Below, one piece after another: positions 42,559 through 58,147 of a stretch of 64,000 nucleotides of DNA. A program made the translations under genes and the position numbers. Origin of the DNA: Eledone cirrhosa (Eukaryota); NCBI GenBank assembly GCA_964016885.1, contig OZ024745.1, positions 119,040,001-119,104,000 of the forward strand, given 5' to 3'. Position 1 is the first letter of the stretch. Each line of letters starts with the position of its first letter. The notes below the pieces were generated by a model, which saw nothing but the letters and a program-made list of their open reading frames with translations, was not told the DNA's origin and made no database searches.

Positions 42559-43070
42559 TATATTCGTGTACAGATATTTTTGCATACACAATAAAAAAAT
42601 ATAAACAAACGTATTTATTTCACGAGGCTCGATAAGGATAAATATATATCAAATATATAAGAACCCTAGAGCAAATAAGGGATATACACGATTGGCTGAA
42701 GAAGGACGAGACTGTATTAGTAGTACGACCAACGGCTGCTATCACACCAACAGCAGCAAAAACAACAACAAAAAAGAAAGGGAACGCAATTACATGCTTT
42801 TGAAAAATCTTAATGGAAAATTATTTGCCTATTCACCCAAGGCGACTTCACTTTTTATTTGGACTTCTGCATCAATTGGTGAACATACGACGAAACTGTT
42901 TCAGAAAGGAGGGATAAACATGCCAAATCTATGTTTAGAATCCCGAGCAACGCCGGGCCATTCTGCTAGTATATATATATACATAAATGGCAATTTCTGT
43001 CTGTTTGTGTGTGTGTTTGTTTGTGAACCTAAAACTCAAAAACTACCAAACCGATCTTGATGAAATTAAT
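41274..43070 (+). mobile_element. Head-to-tail non-autonomous Helitrons (41274-42106, 42107-42969, third 5' end from ~42970)
   Basis: A|TCTATATATCTAAAACAGAG starts; CCCGAGCAACGCCGGG..CTAG ends at 42106 and 42969. Confidence 0.85.
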
Positions 43071-43119
43071 AATTCTTGTTATTATTAGTATTATGTAAAA
43101 TGTTTACTTCACCTTAGGA

Positions 43120-44332
43120 AATGCATATCGGTTCTTTTATATAGTAAGTTAATCTCTTGATTGACTAAATATCTTTATTTTCGTTTTAGAATCCTCTTTT
43201 TATGTCTTGAATTTCCTAAATTTGAGATCTGAAATACTTTCAGGCTTTCAAACCTTTTAGTTAATTTAAACGTTTAGATATATTGTACGGAGATCATTTG
43301 TTTACATTTATCGTGTATAATTTTCGTTTTATCCAAATTGATTAATAATCTGTATTTAACTTGATCTATAATATTGAATACAGTAGAATATGGTTGAATC
43401 GAAATAATAATACTTTCAAGAGTAAATATAACTAATAATTAATCCTATATGTAATTGACAACTATTGATTTAAATAGTATTGTTTATAATATTTATAATT
43501 CTAAACATTATATAAAATGCATATACAGATGCTGATATGTAATTAAGTTATAATAAATACTGTCATACTTATTTACTATATTTGTAAACATCATTGGTAC
43601 TTAATAATGTTTCTGACTTTGAATTTTGTAACTAAATATTGAATATATTTATTAATTTCACTATGTACCTGATTATCATTGAAAATATTTTATATTGTTT
43701 AATTTTGATATAATATAATAGTATAATTTGCTCAAATATAACCAAATACAATAGACTAAACATTTCACGGTATTTAATTGATCGTTTCTACCTGACTTTA
43801 TATTTTGAAAAAAAAAAACGGTCACGCCTCATGTCTCTTTCTTCTTTATTTCTTTTTTTATCTCTTTTCCTTATGCAGGTATATATTTTATCCTCTCTAT
43901 CTCCCTCTCCCTTCTTTTTATTTTCATCTTTTTATCTTTTTCCCTTTTCTCTTCTATTTAGCACTCTCTTTCTTTTTTGTCTTTTTCTATAACACGGATA
44001 TTTACATATTTAAATATTTAACATTTATGTGTTTATATGTTTATTTATTTATATATTTATTTATTCTATACTTTCTCCTACTCACCCCCTCCTAACATTT
44101 ATATCTCGCTACTTATCCCTCTCCATCATATTTAGTTTGTCATGTTATTACTTGTGGTATATAAATATTGAGTATTGTTGTAATAAATCACTGCCAAGAC
44201 TGGAATTGAACCATCAGCACAGTTGAGGTATGTCATACATCAATTTATGTATTTTATCTGATGAGGACGTACTGAAAAAACAGCACAGTACCTCCGAAAT
44301 AGAAATGAATGTCTTCATTTAATAATATTTTG

Positions 44333-44340
<8 letters not shown>
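43120..44340 (+). mobile_element. PLE 3' part: endonuclease C-terminal remnant, AT/pyrimidine-rich UTR, damaged HHR (44250-44300)
   Basis: LNLRSEILS remnant near 43217; CTGATGA-GGAcGTACTG..CAGTACcTCC-GAAA with stem III deleted; 44190-44340 homologous to 27750-27920. Confidence 0.6.
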
Positions 44341-44385
<45 letters not shown>

Positions 44386-44422
44386 CGTATATATGTATAT
44401 ATATATATATATAGTTGTATGT

Positions 44423-44610
44423 ATAGGAGAAAGTATGACCCCGACGACAGAGCTCAAGCCGTTTCGACGTCTATTTCTGGACTCAAAATAGCCGTCGAAA
44501 CGGCTTGAGCTCTGCCGTCGGGGTCATACTTCTCCTATTACCCACTCTACTACCCTAAGTATTGAGTACTCTGGTGCGTTATGGTCCGTCTGGTTCCTTA
44601 CCACAACTCC
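44423..44610 (+). mobile_element. Palindromic PLE-terminus relic with HHR 3' half and tail
   Basis: Hairpin 44423-44538; GAAA at 44497, CGGC..GCCG stem III, GTC at 44517-44519. Confidence 0.75.
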
Positions 44611-44617
44611 TCCATTA

Positions 44618-44681
44618 GATGTATGTATATATATATAGATGTATATATATATATGTATGTATGTATATATGTATGTATATA

Positions 44682-44731
<50 letters not shown>

Positions 44732-44769
44732 AATGTATATATGTATATGTATGTATGTATATATGTATG

Positions 44770-44801
<32 letters not shown>

Positions 44802-44857
44802 TATGTATGTATATATATATATAGATGTATATATGTATATGTATGTATATATGTATG

Positions 44858-44908
<51 letters not shown>

Positions 44909-44987
44909 GTATGTATATATATATGTATCTATATGCATCTATGTATATATATATATATGTATATATATGTATATATATGCATCTATG

Positions 44988-45074
<87 letters not shown>

Positions 45075-45083
45075 ATTTATGTA

Positions 45084-45139
<56 letters not shown>

Positions 45140-45180
45140 GATGTATGTGTCTGTGTGTGTGTGTACGTTTATATATATTA
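44618..45180. repeat. (TA/TG)n microsatellite
   Basis: Visible directly. Confidence 0.95.
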
Positions 45181-45181
45181 A

Positions 45182-45755
45182 GGTCACCCCATAGTATCGA
45201 AGTAACCACGGATCCTGAGGTAATCCAGCGAAGCTACACCAAGAGGATTGCCACGATGAAGGAAATGAGCTACTAGGAGAGGCTGAAAGAACTGAACCTC
45301 CACTCCTTAGAACGAAGACGGGAGAGATACGCAGTGATCTACATATGGAAAATCCTGGAGGGACAAGCACCTAATTTTGGCATTGGGAGCTGGACCAACC
45401 GTCAAACAGGACGTCACTGTGTGGTGCTAAATGTCCCGTCTTCCACATCTAGAAGCAGGAGCAGATATTGCAAAAGCCTGGGGTTCAAGGGCCCTCAATT
45501 CTTCGTCAAGCTGCCGAGGGATCTGAGAGATCTGCATGGTGTGGATGACTTCAAGAAACATCTCGAGACCTTGCTATCCAGGATCCCGGATGAGCCCACA
45601 GCAAGGCAGGAGGGAAACCTAAGGGCAGCAGCAACGAACTCCCTCTTGCATCAGTGGCCAAACCAATACAGGTTGCAGATAAAATGTGTAGCAACAAGAG
45701 CGGTGCCCCAGCATGACCTCAGCCGGATGGCTGGAACAGGTAGAAGAGTAAAAGA
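45182..45755 (+). mobile_element. CR1-like LINE 3' end
   Basis: [11 protein letters not shown]...SY*ERLKELNLHSLERRRERYAVIYIWKILEG..PN...GPQFF.KLP..LRDL...FKKHLE.LL..IPDEP. Confidence 0.85.
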
Positions 45756-45795
45756 GTATATATATATATATATACGTACATACAAACATACATAA

Positions 45796-45838
<43 letters not shown>

Positions 45839-45978
45839 CGTAGGTCCCGGGTTGAGTCGGGGATAACCACAGTAAGTAAGGTACTCAATACTGAATCTGA
45901 ATGAATACTCAATACTTAATCTGAATGAAACAGTACTAGTCCTGTAGAAGCTCCTTCTATAAAATAAAAAAATATATT

Positions 45979-46059
<81 letters not shown>

Positions 46060-46094
46060 ATATATATATGTATATATATATATATGTGTATATA

Positions 46095-46132
<38 letters not shown>

Positions 46133-46285
46133 TAGATACACATATATATAAGCAATGAGTTATTTAATTTGCTGGTTATTCAACAAATTTAGTTTATAGC
46201 AGATTAGAAGCGCTCTACAGTTTTCTTCTGGAGTATAATATCAATAATATTAATATATGGAAATTATCTTTATAAAACAATATTT

Positions 46286-46344
46286 ATTTTGTTATATATA
46301 TTTCAAAGGTACAACAATTTTTTGTACGCCCTCATCAGATAAAA
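46286..46344 (-). ncRNA. Minimal type-I hammerhead ribozyme, with inverted partial copy at 46345-46415
   Basis: TTTTAT-CTGATGA-GGGcGTACAA..TTGTACcTTT-GAAA-TATATA-TA-ACAAAA (one stem I mismatch). Confidence 0.75.
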
Positions 46345-46468
46345 GAGCGTACCAAAGACTTTGGTACCTTTGAAATATATATAATAAAATAAATAGGGTT
46401 TTATAAAGACAGTTTCCATTTATTAATATTATTGATACACACAGACACACCCACAAACACACACACAC

Positions 46469-46565
<97 letters not shown>

Positions 46566-47005
46566 CATGCATGTATATATATATATATATATGACCAGTG
46601 CCACGTCACAGTTCTTAGCAAATTTTGAATTCGTTTCTGGCGGAGACCACTTAAGAAAATCCCTTGTCCAAATGATTTTGTTTCCTCAAGAGTTCGAAGC
46701 TCGAGATTTTATCCTTAATAGGATATTTCCGAAAGCGAACGAAACCCTAGGGTAGAAACGTGATCCTGGTATCTGTATATGCATTTTTTCTTTTAACTTT
46801 AATTTTATACCTAATTGTGTATGGTTGACGGTATATTTAATCGATTTCCACATGCTGTTGAAATGGTGGGAAAATATTCTATGGCGGTTGGTGCCTTTTA
46901 ATCTTATAGCCTGGTCTAATTGATTTTTTATGTGGTTAATAATGCGAATTGGGAGAGGAAATGGTGTATATATATTATCAAATGATTCTATGGACATACT
47001 TTATA

Positions 47006-48035
<1,030 letters not shown>

Positions 48036-48161
48036 GTTCTATTTAAATTGTTGGGATACAACAACCAAATATTTTTATAACTGATATAAAGTACTCAACA
48101 AATTATTGGAGTAAAAATACGATATATTAACAAATGGAAACTATATTTATAAAACCATATA

Positions 48162-48226
48162 TATTTCATTATACATATTTCAAGGACACCAAGTTAAATT
48201 ATGGTGTGCTTTCATCAGATAAAATA
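48162..48226 (-). ncRNA. Minimal type-I hammerhead ribozyme
   Basis: TATTTTAT-CTGATGA-AAGcACACCA..TGGTGTcCTT-GAAA-TATGTA-TA-ATGAAATA. Confidence 0.85.
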
Positions 48227-49361
48227 TAATATAGATCAGTTTTATAAATAAATATTGACATACCCTTAAAGAATGCGAACATTTCTGTTGGAAGCTAGTG
48301 GGGTTATTAAATTTATTTAGTCTATTATGCAAATTAGTGTCGGATATGTTTAAATCACAGTAGATTTAAAATAAGCCTTTGGGGTATGGAAAAAGAGAAA
48401 GAAAAGAAAGAGAAAAAAGAGAAAAAAGAGAAAAAAGAGAAAAAAGAGAAAAAAGAGAAAAAAGAGAAAAAAGAGAAAAAAGAGCAAACTCTAAGAGGAA
48501 AATAAGAAAACAAGAAAAAGAGAAAGAGAAGAAAAAAGAAAAGAGAAAAAGAGAAAAAGAGAAAGAGAGAAAGAGAAAGAGAAAGCCCTAAGTGATAGGT
48601 TGTTGTATTAGCGTAACTTTTAAATTGAAGTGAAAATATAAATATTTATTGGATGAGTTAGGAAGAGTAAATAAACGTGAATAGAAAATAAACAAATAAT
48701 AATAACTGGAGAATTTTAACCAGTGTTTAAATATGATTAAATGTTTAGTTTATCAATTAAATTATCAATTAAATTATTGAGATCTATACATTAAAATTGA
48801 GATCTATATATTATTAAAATCTATATATTATTAAAACTATATATTATTAAAAAATCTATATATTATTGAAAGAATATATTCATATATATACATACGCACA
48901 CATATATACATACATATACATATATATATATATATACACATACATATATATACATACAATAAAGGACTTTTTATGTTTAAGATATAGAAATTTTTCTAAA
49001 CTTATAAATTTTTCGGAGAAATCGGAGCAAAAATCGGAGAAAAATCATTTCTATGTAATAGCAAAACAACGTGAAGGAAATTAAGTTATTTACTTATATT
49101 AAATGTTATAAATGTTAAGATAAAGGAAATTTAAGATTATACAGAGCTTATATTATTTAATAGTAAGTTATAATTTTATAAATTTTATAAATTTTATATC
49201 TAATAAATCCACCTGTTATGTAGTTGTGACTGTTATTATATAAGTTTGTTTATCATAAAACGTAAGAAATCCTTTATAACAGAGTGCATTCGAATTGTAT
49301 GTATACATACATATACACAACCTCTACATAGGTACACATACACATATATACATATATATAT

Positions 49362-49512
49362 AGTCCAGAATTAGCCGTCCAGAATTAGCCGTCGAAACGG
49401 CTTGAGCTCAGCCGTCGGGGTCTTACTGGTTCCTATTACCCACTCTACTACCCCAAGTATTGAGTACTTTGGTGCGTTATGGTCCACCTGGTTCCTTACC
49501 ACATTTCCTTCG
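49362..49512 (+). mobile_element. HHR 3' half plus tail (right arm matching 47343-47403)
   Basis: AATTAGCCGTC-GAAA-CGGCT(tgagctc)AGCCG-TC-GGGGTCTT, then conserved tail. Confidence 0.7.
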
Positions 49513-49579
<67 letters not shown>

Positions 49580-50066
49580 AATATAAAGTACATAGTATAA
49601 TTAAAGTACATAATATATAAAATAAAATAAAAATGAATTATAGTTTTTAAAGGAATTACGATTTGGAAATATATTCATACAATTTTAAGCAATATAACTT
49701 TAAAGCAATATAATTTTAAAAAAATATAAAAAAATATTTTAAGATATAATTTTAAAATAAGAATATGTCTAAAAAATTCAGTATAAAAATGAATTTAAAT
49801 TTTTTTATATAATATTTAACTCTCAGTATGTTTAACTTAATTTTTATAACCATATGAGAAGAAAGAGAAACTTTCAAAAGAGAAACTTTCAAAAATAGGA
49901 GAAACTTTCAAAGAAAATAATTTCCTCCTTTTAAGAGCTTTCAGTATGTTTATCTAGAAAAATTTTCTAGGAAAATTTTTTTTATAATGAGAGTTTTAAG
50001 CAGTCAAATGAAGGAATCTAATGATTTATAGATAGGTTCAATATATTTAATAGAATGAGTTATATA

Positions 50067-50465
50067 TTACATTTTAAATTTATATTTAAACGTTGAATTC
50101 AATCTATGTTTGCAGCAACTGAAAAGATTGCTCCTTACGTTCAGGGAATTTTTGCTTTTTAATATAAAGAATATTTCGTCTATACAAAGATCACAATTTT
50201 CTGAAGAGGAGTTAAATGGAGTAGCTTTTGAAATAATATTCCCAAGTAACGAATATTTAACGTTCTTTAATTTAAGGTCCCATAATAAGCTAGATAGAGA
50301 AGTTGAAGATTTTTTGTTTAAATGCGTAAAAGAGCATTTATGGTTATTAAAACGAGATTTAAAATCTGTGGAAGTAGATCCTACATAATTAAATGAATTT
50401 AGGTTAGTTTTTACATTACAATTATATACTATATTTTTAGCTAAGCAATTGTTATTTAACGGACA
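50067..50465 (-). pseudogene. Uninterrupted PLE GIY-YIG endonuclease domain (5'-truncated; not in ORF track)
   Basis: CPLNNNCLAKNIVYNCNVKTNLNSFNYVGSTSTDFKSRFNNHKCSF...STSLSSLLWDLK...CDLCIDE...LNVRSNLFSCCKH..KM*. Confidence 0.9.
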
Positions 50466-50602
50466 GTTAGATTTATGTCTCCTGAAATAGTTCTAGTCCT
50501 GTAGAATCTCATCTATATTAAAACTTTTATACTCTGCTATGTATTGAATACCTTACTTACTGTGGTTTCCTCCGATTCAACCCGGAATAACATACCTATA
50601 TA

Positions 50603-50652
<50 letters not shown>

Positions 50653-50657
50653 TATGT

Positions 50658-50709
<52 letters not shown>

Positions 50710-51364
50710 GTTGACGGACCCAGCATATTTATCAATGCCAGTACCGGTTGTATCTCAGCGCACTCAATGGGCAATGTAAGATACATTACCAGAGTATACA
50801 CATAGTTATTGGCCTCAACACAACACACGTAAAATGGGTGCCTATAAGGTTACCGGACTCGAGTTTCTGCAGCACTAATGCAGCAGTAAGGTGCACTGCA
50901 CCATCTGTCTGCATATATTATGCAACAATGCACAATCGGCTTATGCTGCTTCATCAGCGGGTATCGCCTAATCAATAACCAATCGATCGACATAATCCAA
51001 ACACCGGCCCGTGCCGGTCATGTCTGTTTGTGACAACTGACACGGTAAAGCGATTAACTGGTACCCGATAGGACTATCTCTCAAATAGCCACCGATTTAC
51101 ACATTTTACGTGGGGACGGGAAGCTAAAAAGAATCAATCTATTAGTTCCTGTCAGAAGCACTCAGCCAACGTGTCTCACACACAAATTATCAAGGGGTGA
51201 AAAGATGGCTATTAGAAATAGCAGTTCACAGTGATATAAAATAGAATGGTAGCATTCGGTTCATGTTTCCAAGCTCCATGGCTAGAGGAAAGCGATGGTA
51301 ACAATGGTAGCGCCAAGAACCTTTAACAGACAATAAATGCGATCATCCATTATATACCAATATA

Positions 51365-51442
<78 letters not shown>

Positions 51443-51454
51443 CTGTCTCCTGAA

Positions 51455-52240
51455 GGTGTGTCGACACCAACTTGCATCTCCTCTTGCTAATCTGTGGAGT
51501 AACTCACTGTATACTGGCTATATTCCTGAAAACTTTCTGTCTCAGACCGTTGTTCCAGTCTTCAAAAAGGGAAATAAGTCCCTTGCAGTGAACTACCGTC
51601 CGATCTCACTCACCTCTCATATTATCAAAGTATTTGAGATCTTGAAAGCAACGGCCTGCTGAACTCCAACCAACATGGGTTCTGTAATGGAAGGGACTGC
51701 TTAACGCAGCTCCTGCATCACTTTGACGATGTTTTGAGAGACTTGGGAGAGGACTCCAGCACTGATGTCAACTACCTTGACTTCAGCAAGACATTTGACA
51801 GTGTTGATCATAAGATTCTACTGAAAAAACTATCCAATATTGGTGTCTCTGGAAAGTTACTATAGTGGATCAAATGTTTCCTGACAGGCAGAACCGAACA
51901 TGTTGTAGGCGAAGGAGTAAAATCAAGCTCTGCAAAAAGTCAGCAGTGGCGTCCCACAAGGCTCTGTGTTGGGTCCACTTCTTTTCCTCCTCTACATTAA
52001 TGACATTACTGACATCATCAAGCACACCAACATAAGAATCTTCGAAGATGATTCCAAGCTCCAAAAGGTCATCAATGAGGTGGGTGACCGGACTTGCCTT
52101 CAGTCAGACCTACTGGCTGTTATCCAATGGGCAGAAAAGAACAAAATGCTGTTGAATGAGGATAAGTTTCAATTAATCAACTTTGGAAAATAAGATGCCC
52201 TGAACCTACCATACTCTCTTCCTTCAGGTGAAACTCTCGT
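51455..52240 (+). pseudogene. CR1-like RT fragment
   Basis: NYRPISLTSHIIKVFE, QHGF, YLDFSKTFDSVDH, SGVPQGSVLGPLLFLLYIND, FEDDSK. Confidence 0.92.
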
Positions 52241-53799
52241 TCCCATGTCGATTCAATTTGGATTGCCTCGGAAACATAACCTTATTATGTAACAAGCTGT
52301 CTGACGATGTCGCGGAATTTAGCTCCAATTATTGAGCGCTCTATGATGTAACCGATATAGTGGAGAAGAGAGGAACCAGCCACTAGCTACACCCGGAAAT
52401 TCCCTCTACCATGAGGATGGAAATCCCTGATACTGGACGGACATAATAATAACTTTCGGCAGGATAAATACGCGGAAACAAAAACACCGATAAACCCCTA
52501 TTTCCCTGCACCAAATCGCATTTGAACAGAAGCCCCCCCCCCCCAATTCAATCTATATATGAACAAATTGACAATCATATTAATCATCTATCTCATTTTG
52601 CATATATGTAATGTAAGTGTTTTTGCATTTATTATTTTTCTTTGTTTTGTGTACTTTATATCTGTTTTTTTGGTTTTGTTCCATGTGATGGAAATTCTAA
52701 CTACTACCTTTCATACTGTAATTTACCCTCCGTTCTACTGTACGGTACTATCGTTCAGTATGTAGATAATATAACTTCTTACTTAAACATCTCTCTACGT
52801 AGTAGATAGTATAGGTGCATATATTATTTACTCACTTCAATCTATATTTTTTTTACTCACCTCAATTTAGATTCTCACTTGAAAATTTAATAATTTTTAA
52901 TTTCTCATTTTTAATATTTGATTTCTGATTTTCGATTTTTAAATTTTAATTTTTAGTTCTAATTTCCAACTCTCATTCATAACTTCCACTGTGAAACCAT
53001 GATACCTAGAATTAAGTACATTTTTTTTTTCAATATTGTAAAGAAATAAGTATCAGCAGCCAAAAGAAATATATATTAATCTCTATTTTTGTATGCAGTG
53101 TAAATTTACCAAATAGAAGCAAATTAACCAAATATAAGCAAATGTATTAACTGCTAATTTAATGGTATGAGAATGTAAATATAAATGAACAGACACACAT
53201 ACACTCACACGAACGTACACTTATAAAAAAACACACACAGATATACATTCATGCAAACACACAGAGTTTCACCCACGAACAGACACACAGAATCACACGA
53301 ACTTATAAAAAAACACAGACATACATTGATACATGCAGAGTTTCACCCCCAGCATTTCCTTCTGTCAATCGTCACAGAAATGTAGGTATACTCACACACA
53401 CATACTTGTCAGTCGTCACATATGTATATGTATGTGTAGATATACGTGTGTGAGTGTTTAAATCTCTGTGTATCTGATTAAATATTTACGAGAAGATGTG
53501 TGTGTATTTAACTTACATACGTAACGAATGTGCAAACACACAAACTCACGGATACATACACATTCATGTACAAAATGTGACGTCATCGGTCGTCGTGTTG
53601 TGAAATATACGTTTGCTTAGTTGTCTATATGGTATATTATTTTAGATAAAATAATTATATTGTTTTAATCCAAATGAAAATAAAAATTACATGGTGTTAA
53701 TGCCGGGGTATCATACTATTACCTTGTAAAATTTGATTTGATTTGGTCTAGCTATTTGAGAATGCATAAGGAAAAGACAGACATAGAGACACACCATTT

Positions 53800-54228
53800 T
53801 ATATATATATATAGAGATATACATACATATATATTTATACAAATATATATATATATATGTATATATATATACTTAAATATATATATACATATATATATAA
53901 ATATATATATACATACATACATATATGTAAATATATACATAAATATATATACATATATACATACATACACACATATATATATATACATACATATGCATAC
54001 ATACATATATACACATACATATGCATACATACATATATACATATATATACATCCATACACACATATATATATATATATACATATGCATACATACATATAC
54101 ATCCATACATATATATACATACATATATATATACGTATATATACATACATATATAGATATATATATACATACATGCATATACATACATATACATACATAT
54201 ATACATACATATATACATACATATATAT

Positions 54229-54261
<33 letters not shown>

Positions 54262-54356
54262 TATATATACATACATATATACATACATACATACATACAT
54301 ATATATATATACATAGATATATACATACATATATATGCATACATACATAAACATAC

Positions 54357-54388
<32 letters not shown>

Positions 54389-54477
54389 GTACATACATAC
54401 TTATATATATATACATACATATTTACACACATATATATATATATACATACATACATATATTATACATACACATATAT

Positions 54478-54528
<51 letters not shown>

Positions 54529-54550
54529 CATACATACTTACACATATATA

Positions 54551-54586
<36 letters not shown>

Positions 54587-54620
54587 CATACATATATACA
54601 TATACCTATGTATATATATG
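53800..54620. repeat. (TA/CA)n microsatellite
   Basis: Visible directly. Confidence 0.95.
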
Positions 54621-54786
54621 TCTATCTATCTTGCTGTATATACAAAGTAGAACACTGATGTGTATATCCGTAATAGTAGAGCATTCAGTCCAGGGGACTA
54701 GTTTTGTAGAAGTAGTGCCACAACTGCTAATTCCCCATTTCCGAGAACAATTGTTTCATCTTATTCGGATCATCAGCCAATCTAAA

Positions 54787-54826
54787 CCGAGCTGATGAGC
54801 CGAATAAGGTGAAACAATTGTTTTCG
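54787..54826 (+). ncRNA. Minimal type-I hammerhead ribozyme, with inverted copy at 54741-54778
   Basis: CCGAG-CTGATGA-GCC(gaataa)GGT-GAAA-CAATTG-TT-TTCG; the inverted copy reads ..GAAA-CAATTG-TT-CTCGG, fully complementary to CCGAG. Confidence 0.8.
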
Positions 54827-54840
54827 AAAATAATGAAAAT

Positions 54841-54888
<48 letters not shown>

Positions 54889-54890
54889 TG

Positions 54891-54944
<54 letters not shown>

Positions 54945-56153
54945 TGTGCATATTTATGTGTGTGCGTGTGTGTGTTTGTGCGTGCGTGCGTGCGTGTTAC
55001 TATAAGCGTGTTTGCAAATTAGACTATGTGTGTGGATCTGTTATCTAATTCGAAAATAAATGAAAATAATGTGGGCTAGGGTATTTCAAATAAACTCTGA
55101 AAAGATCACTTATATTCGCTGTAGGCCCGCCCACGAGAAGTGTGGGGAAAGCGTCTCAACTGTCCTTAGTGAAGCCCACTATTTTGCAAGAATTTTGTTC
55201 AGGCTTCCGTTTTGAAGATAACTTCCACCTCTCTCTAAAACCCCTAAACCATAATGGGGACTGAACTTCTCTTTCTGACGAAACAGTAAATAAAAAAAAA
55301 GTATGCGGTGCAATTTAATTTGTAATTATAGGGTACCGATGTAAGGGAAGTAACTTTAAGTGCTGTCAAAACAGCCTGTTAGTTAGATGCATGGATATGA
55401 CTAGTTAATTGTGATAGAATATACTCTATAAGTGAATGTGTATTGGATATCTGTAAAGAAATTAGTTTAATCACGTATAAGAATGTAAAAGTATGAAAAG
55501 TGAAGTAATTTCTATCTCTTACTACGGTTGCATTACATAAAAAAACAAAGATAAGCAAAGATATCAATAAAAGTAGAAACGAAAGGTGTACAAAACAATT
55601 CAGTTAGGTTCAAGGAAATTAGAAGGAAAAATAAGCATATATATTCATAAAAATAAGTACGAATATTTACTACGAAATTTAGAAATGAAGTTCATCTGGA
55701 TTTAGGAAAGTATATACACCATATTTTAGACTGAAGAGAAAACTGAAAAAAGAAAAACATTATAAGAGTGAAAATAGATATATTAGGATTACAGTATTAC
55801 ATTGAGATATAACTTTAGAAGTTTTGAAATATATAATATAATGGTTACTTCAGAAGATTTGTTGGTGACTAGCTCACTCTATGTACATTTTGGCAAAACA
55901 AGGGGGGATAATTCCCGAAAAGTTGTATAAATGGATAAATAGTATCAGTATGATATTAAATTCTTCTATAATTCCCGATTGTTAAAAAATATATATTTGA
56001 AAATCGCAGGCAAATTTTTTCACTAAATATAGGGTGACAGAAGGATTAATGTACTATTCCTATTGATATCACATAGATAAAGTTTAATGAAGAGTTTTGT
56101 GAAGATTATGTGAAACTTTCATAAAGAAGTGGATTTTTGTGGTTTAACATAAA

Positions 56154-56290
56154 CCCGTAACTCCTGAGGTGGTCGTAGGTGCTCCGACACGGAGTTTCTT
56201 GGATATTTTTGAAACCCAGTGAACTCCCTCTCCTCTCCATTTTCTTTCAAATTAATTTATTCTAGATAAAGACAGAGAGTGATATAGCAG

Positions 56291-56325
<35 letters not shown>

Positions 56326-56490
56326 AGAAAGAATTGATCCCACTACTTGAATGGTAGTTATCTTTTATCGACATGGAAGAGATGAAAGGCAAAGTAGACC
56401 ATAGCGGGATTTGAACTCAGAAGATAGAGAGCTGGAACGAATATGCCAAAGCATTCTATCCAACGTTCTAATGACTGCCAATTCACCACA
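56154..56490 (-). mobile_element. SINE subfamily B with structured 3' extension
   Basis: Homologous to the 10910 and 27180 copies. Confidence 0.65.
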
Positions 56491-56627
56491 TCCATAACGC
56501 ATAACTAATGATATATTATACTAGTGATATTTCAGTAATATCTATTAGTATAATTATGTTCAAATACATACTAAAAGGTTCTTCTGTATGAAGAAATGAA
56601 TTAATATCCTGAAGGTAGTAGGAAGAC

Positions 56628-56704
<77 letters not shown>

Positions 56705-56965
56705 GTGTATATATACAGGTGTATATATATATATATTTATACAGGTGTATATATATATATATTTATACAGGTGCATATATATATATATATTTATACAGGT
56801 GTATATATATATATATTTATACAGGTGTATATTTATATATATATACAGGTGTATATATATATATATATACAGGTGTATATATATATATATATATATTTAT
56901 ACAGGTATATACCTGTATAAATATGTATATATATATACACCTGTATAAATATATATATATACATC

Positions 56966-57006
<41 letters not shown>

Positions 57007-57626
57007 GTAAGTCCAAAGAATCATTAGATAAAAATATATACAGTGTTTCCTCTCCCATTCAGTATAAATCAACGACATAAAAAAATCATTTAAACGAGGC
57101 TATAAGTTTAAAATGTACTTATGAAGAAATAATAGAAAAATGATACAGATTATTTTCCGCGAGGTACAGCCATATGTCACTTATCTAATTATTTCTTCTA
57201 GCCTGTAGAAGTTGACTAGACAAATAGTTAACTACACGGAATTAGGTACAAAATAGAAGTTTGAAGAAAAGAATGCACATAAATTTCACCAGAATTCTCA
57301 TTATCTTTACCACCGGTGGTTTCGTTCCATTTTTTGGATGTACCCGGTCTTGGATAAATCCACGAGGCTTGGAACTCACCAGGAGATACCCCAGACTGGA
57401 CTAAGTTTCTTCTACCATGATCCCCGCCAGAAATGAATTCAAAATGGCTAAGAACCATCACGTGGCCAGAGGTCAAGGCAGAAAGTTTGTGATTGGTACC
57501 TGTCGGCGAGTAGGCTGGTTGCTAGAAAGCGCAGCCGAATATTGCCTAACGTTTTACTCAACCTTACAGAACAATATATTCAGTTCAAACGGTATATGTA
57601 TATAATTAGACATAGTCACAGATACA

Positions 57627-57880
57627 TATATGAGTTTGGCAACCATTCACGGTGTGACTCAATGAAGAATTAATTAAATAATTATTAATCAGAGCTGTAT
57701 ATAAAAATGTATCCAAAGAAGCATTAGATAAAAATATATACAGTATTTCCTCTCCCAATTAGTATAAATCAACCACATAAAAAATCATGATTCTTTGGAC
57801 TTACATTTTTATATATAGCTCTGATTAATAATTATTTAATTAATTCTTCATTGAGCCACACCGTTGCCAAACTCATATAT
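57627..57880. repeat. ~100-bp-arm inverted repeat
   Basis: ATATGAGTTTGGCAAC..CAATGAAGAATTAATTAAATAATTATTAATCAGAGCT..TCCAAAGAA versus its reverse complement at 57790-57880; spacer duplicates 57012-57088. Confidence 0.9.
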
Positions 57881-57918
57881 ATATCTTTGACTGTCTAATT
57901 ATATATATATACCCTTTG

Positions 57919-57970
<52 letters not shown>

Positions 57971-58147
57971 GTATAAATATATATATATATACCTGTATAA
58001 ATATATATATATATATATACCTGTATAAATATATATATATAGATATATATATATATATATAATAATAATATATATATATATATAATATATACACCTGTAT
58101 AAATATATACATATATATAAATAATAATAATAATAATAATAATAATA

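Noticed and set aside
50195-50247. CTGAAGA...GAAA as an HHR on the plus strand
   Set aside because: No stem I pairing; lies antisense within the GIY-YIG coding frame
50110-50388. 92-aa plus-strand ORF as a gene
   Set aside because: Antisense shadow of the minus-strand GIY-YIG
52296-52495. CTGACGA with distant GAAA as an HHR
   Set aside because: Could not form stems I-III by eye
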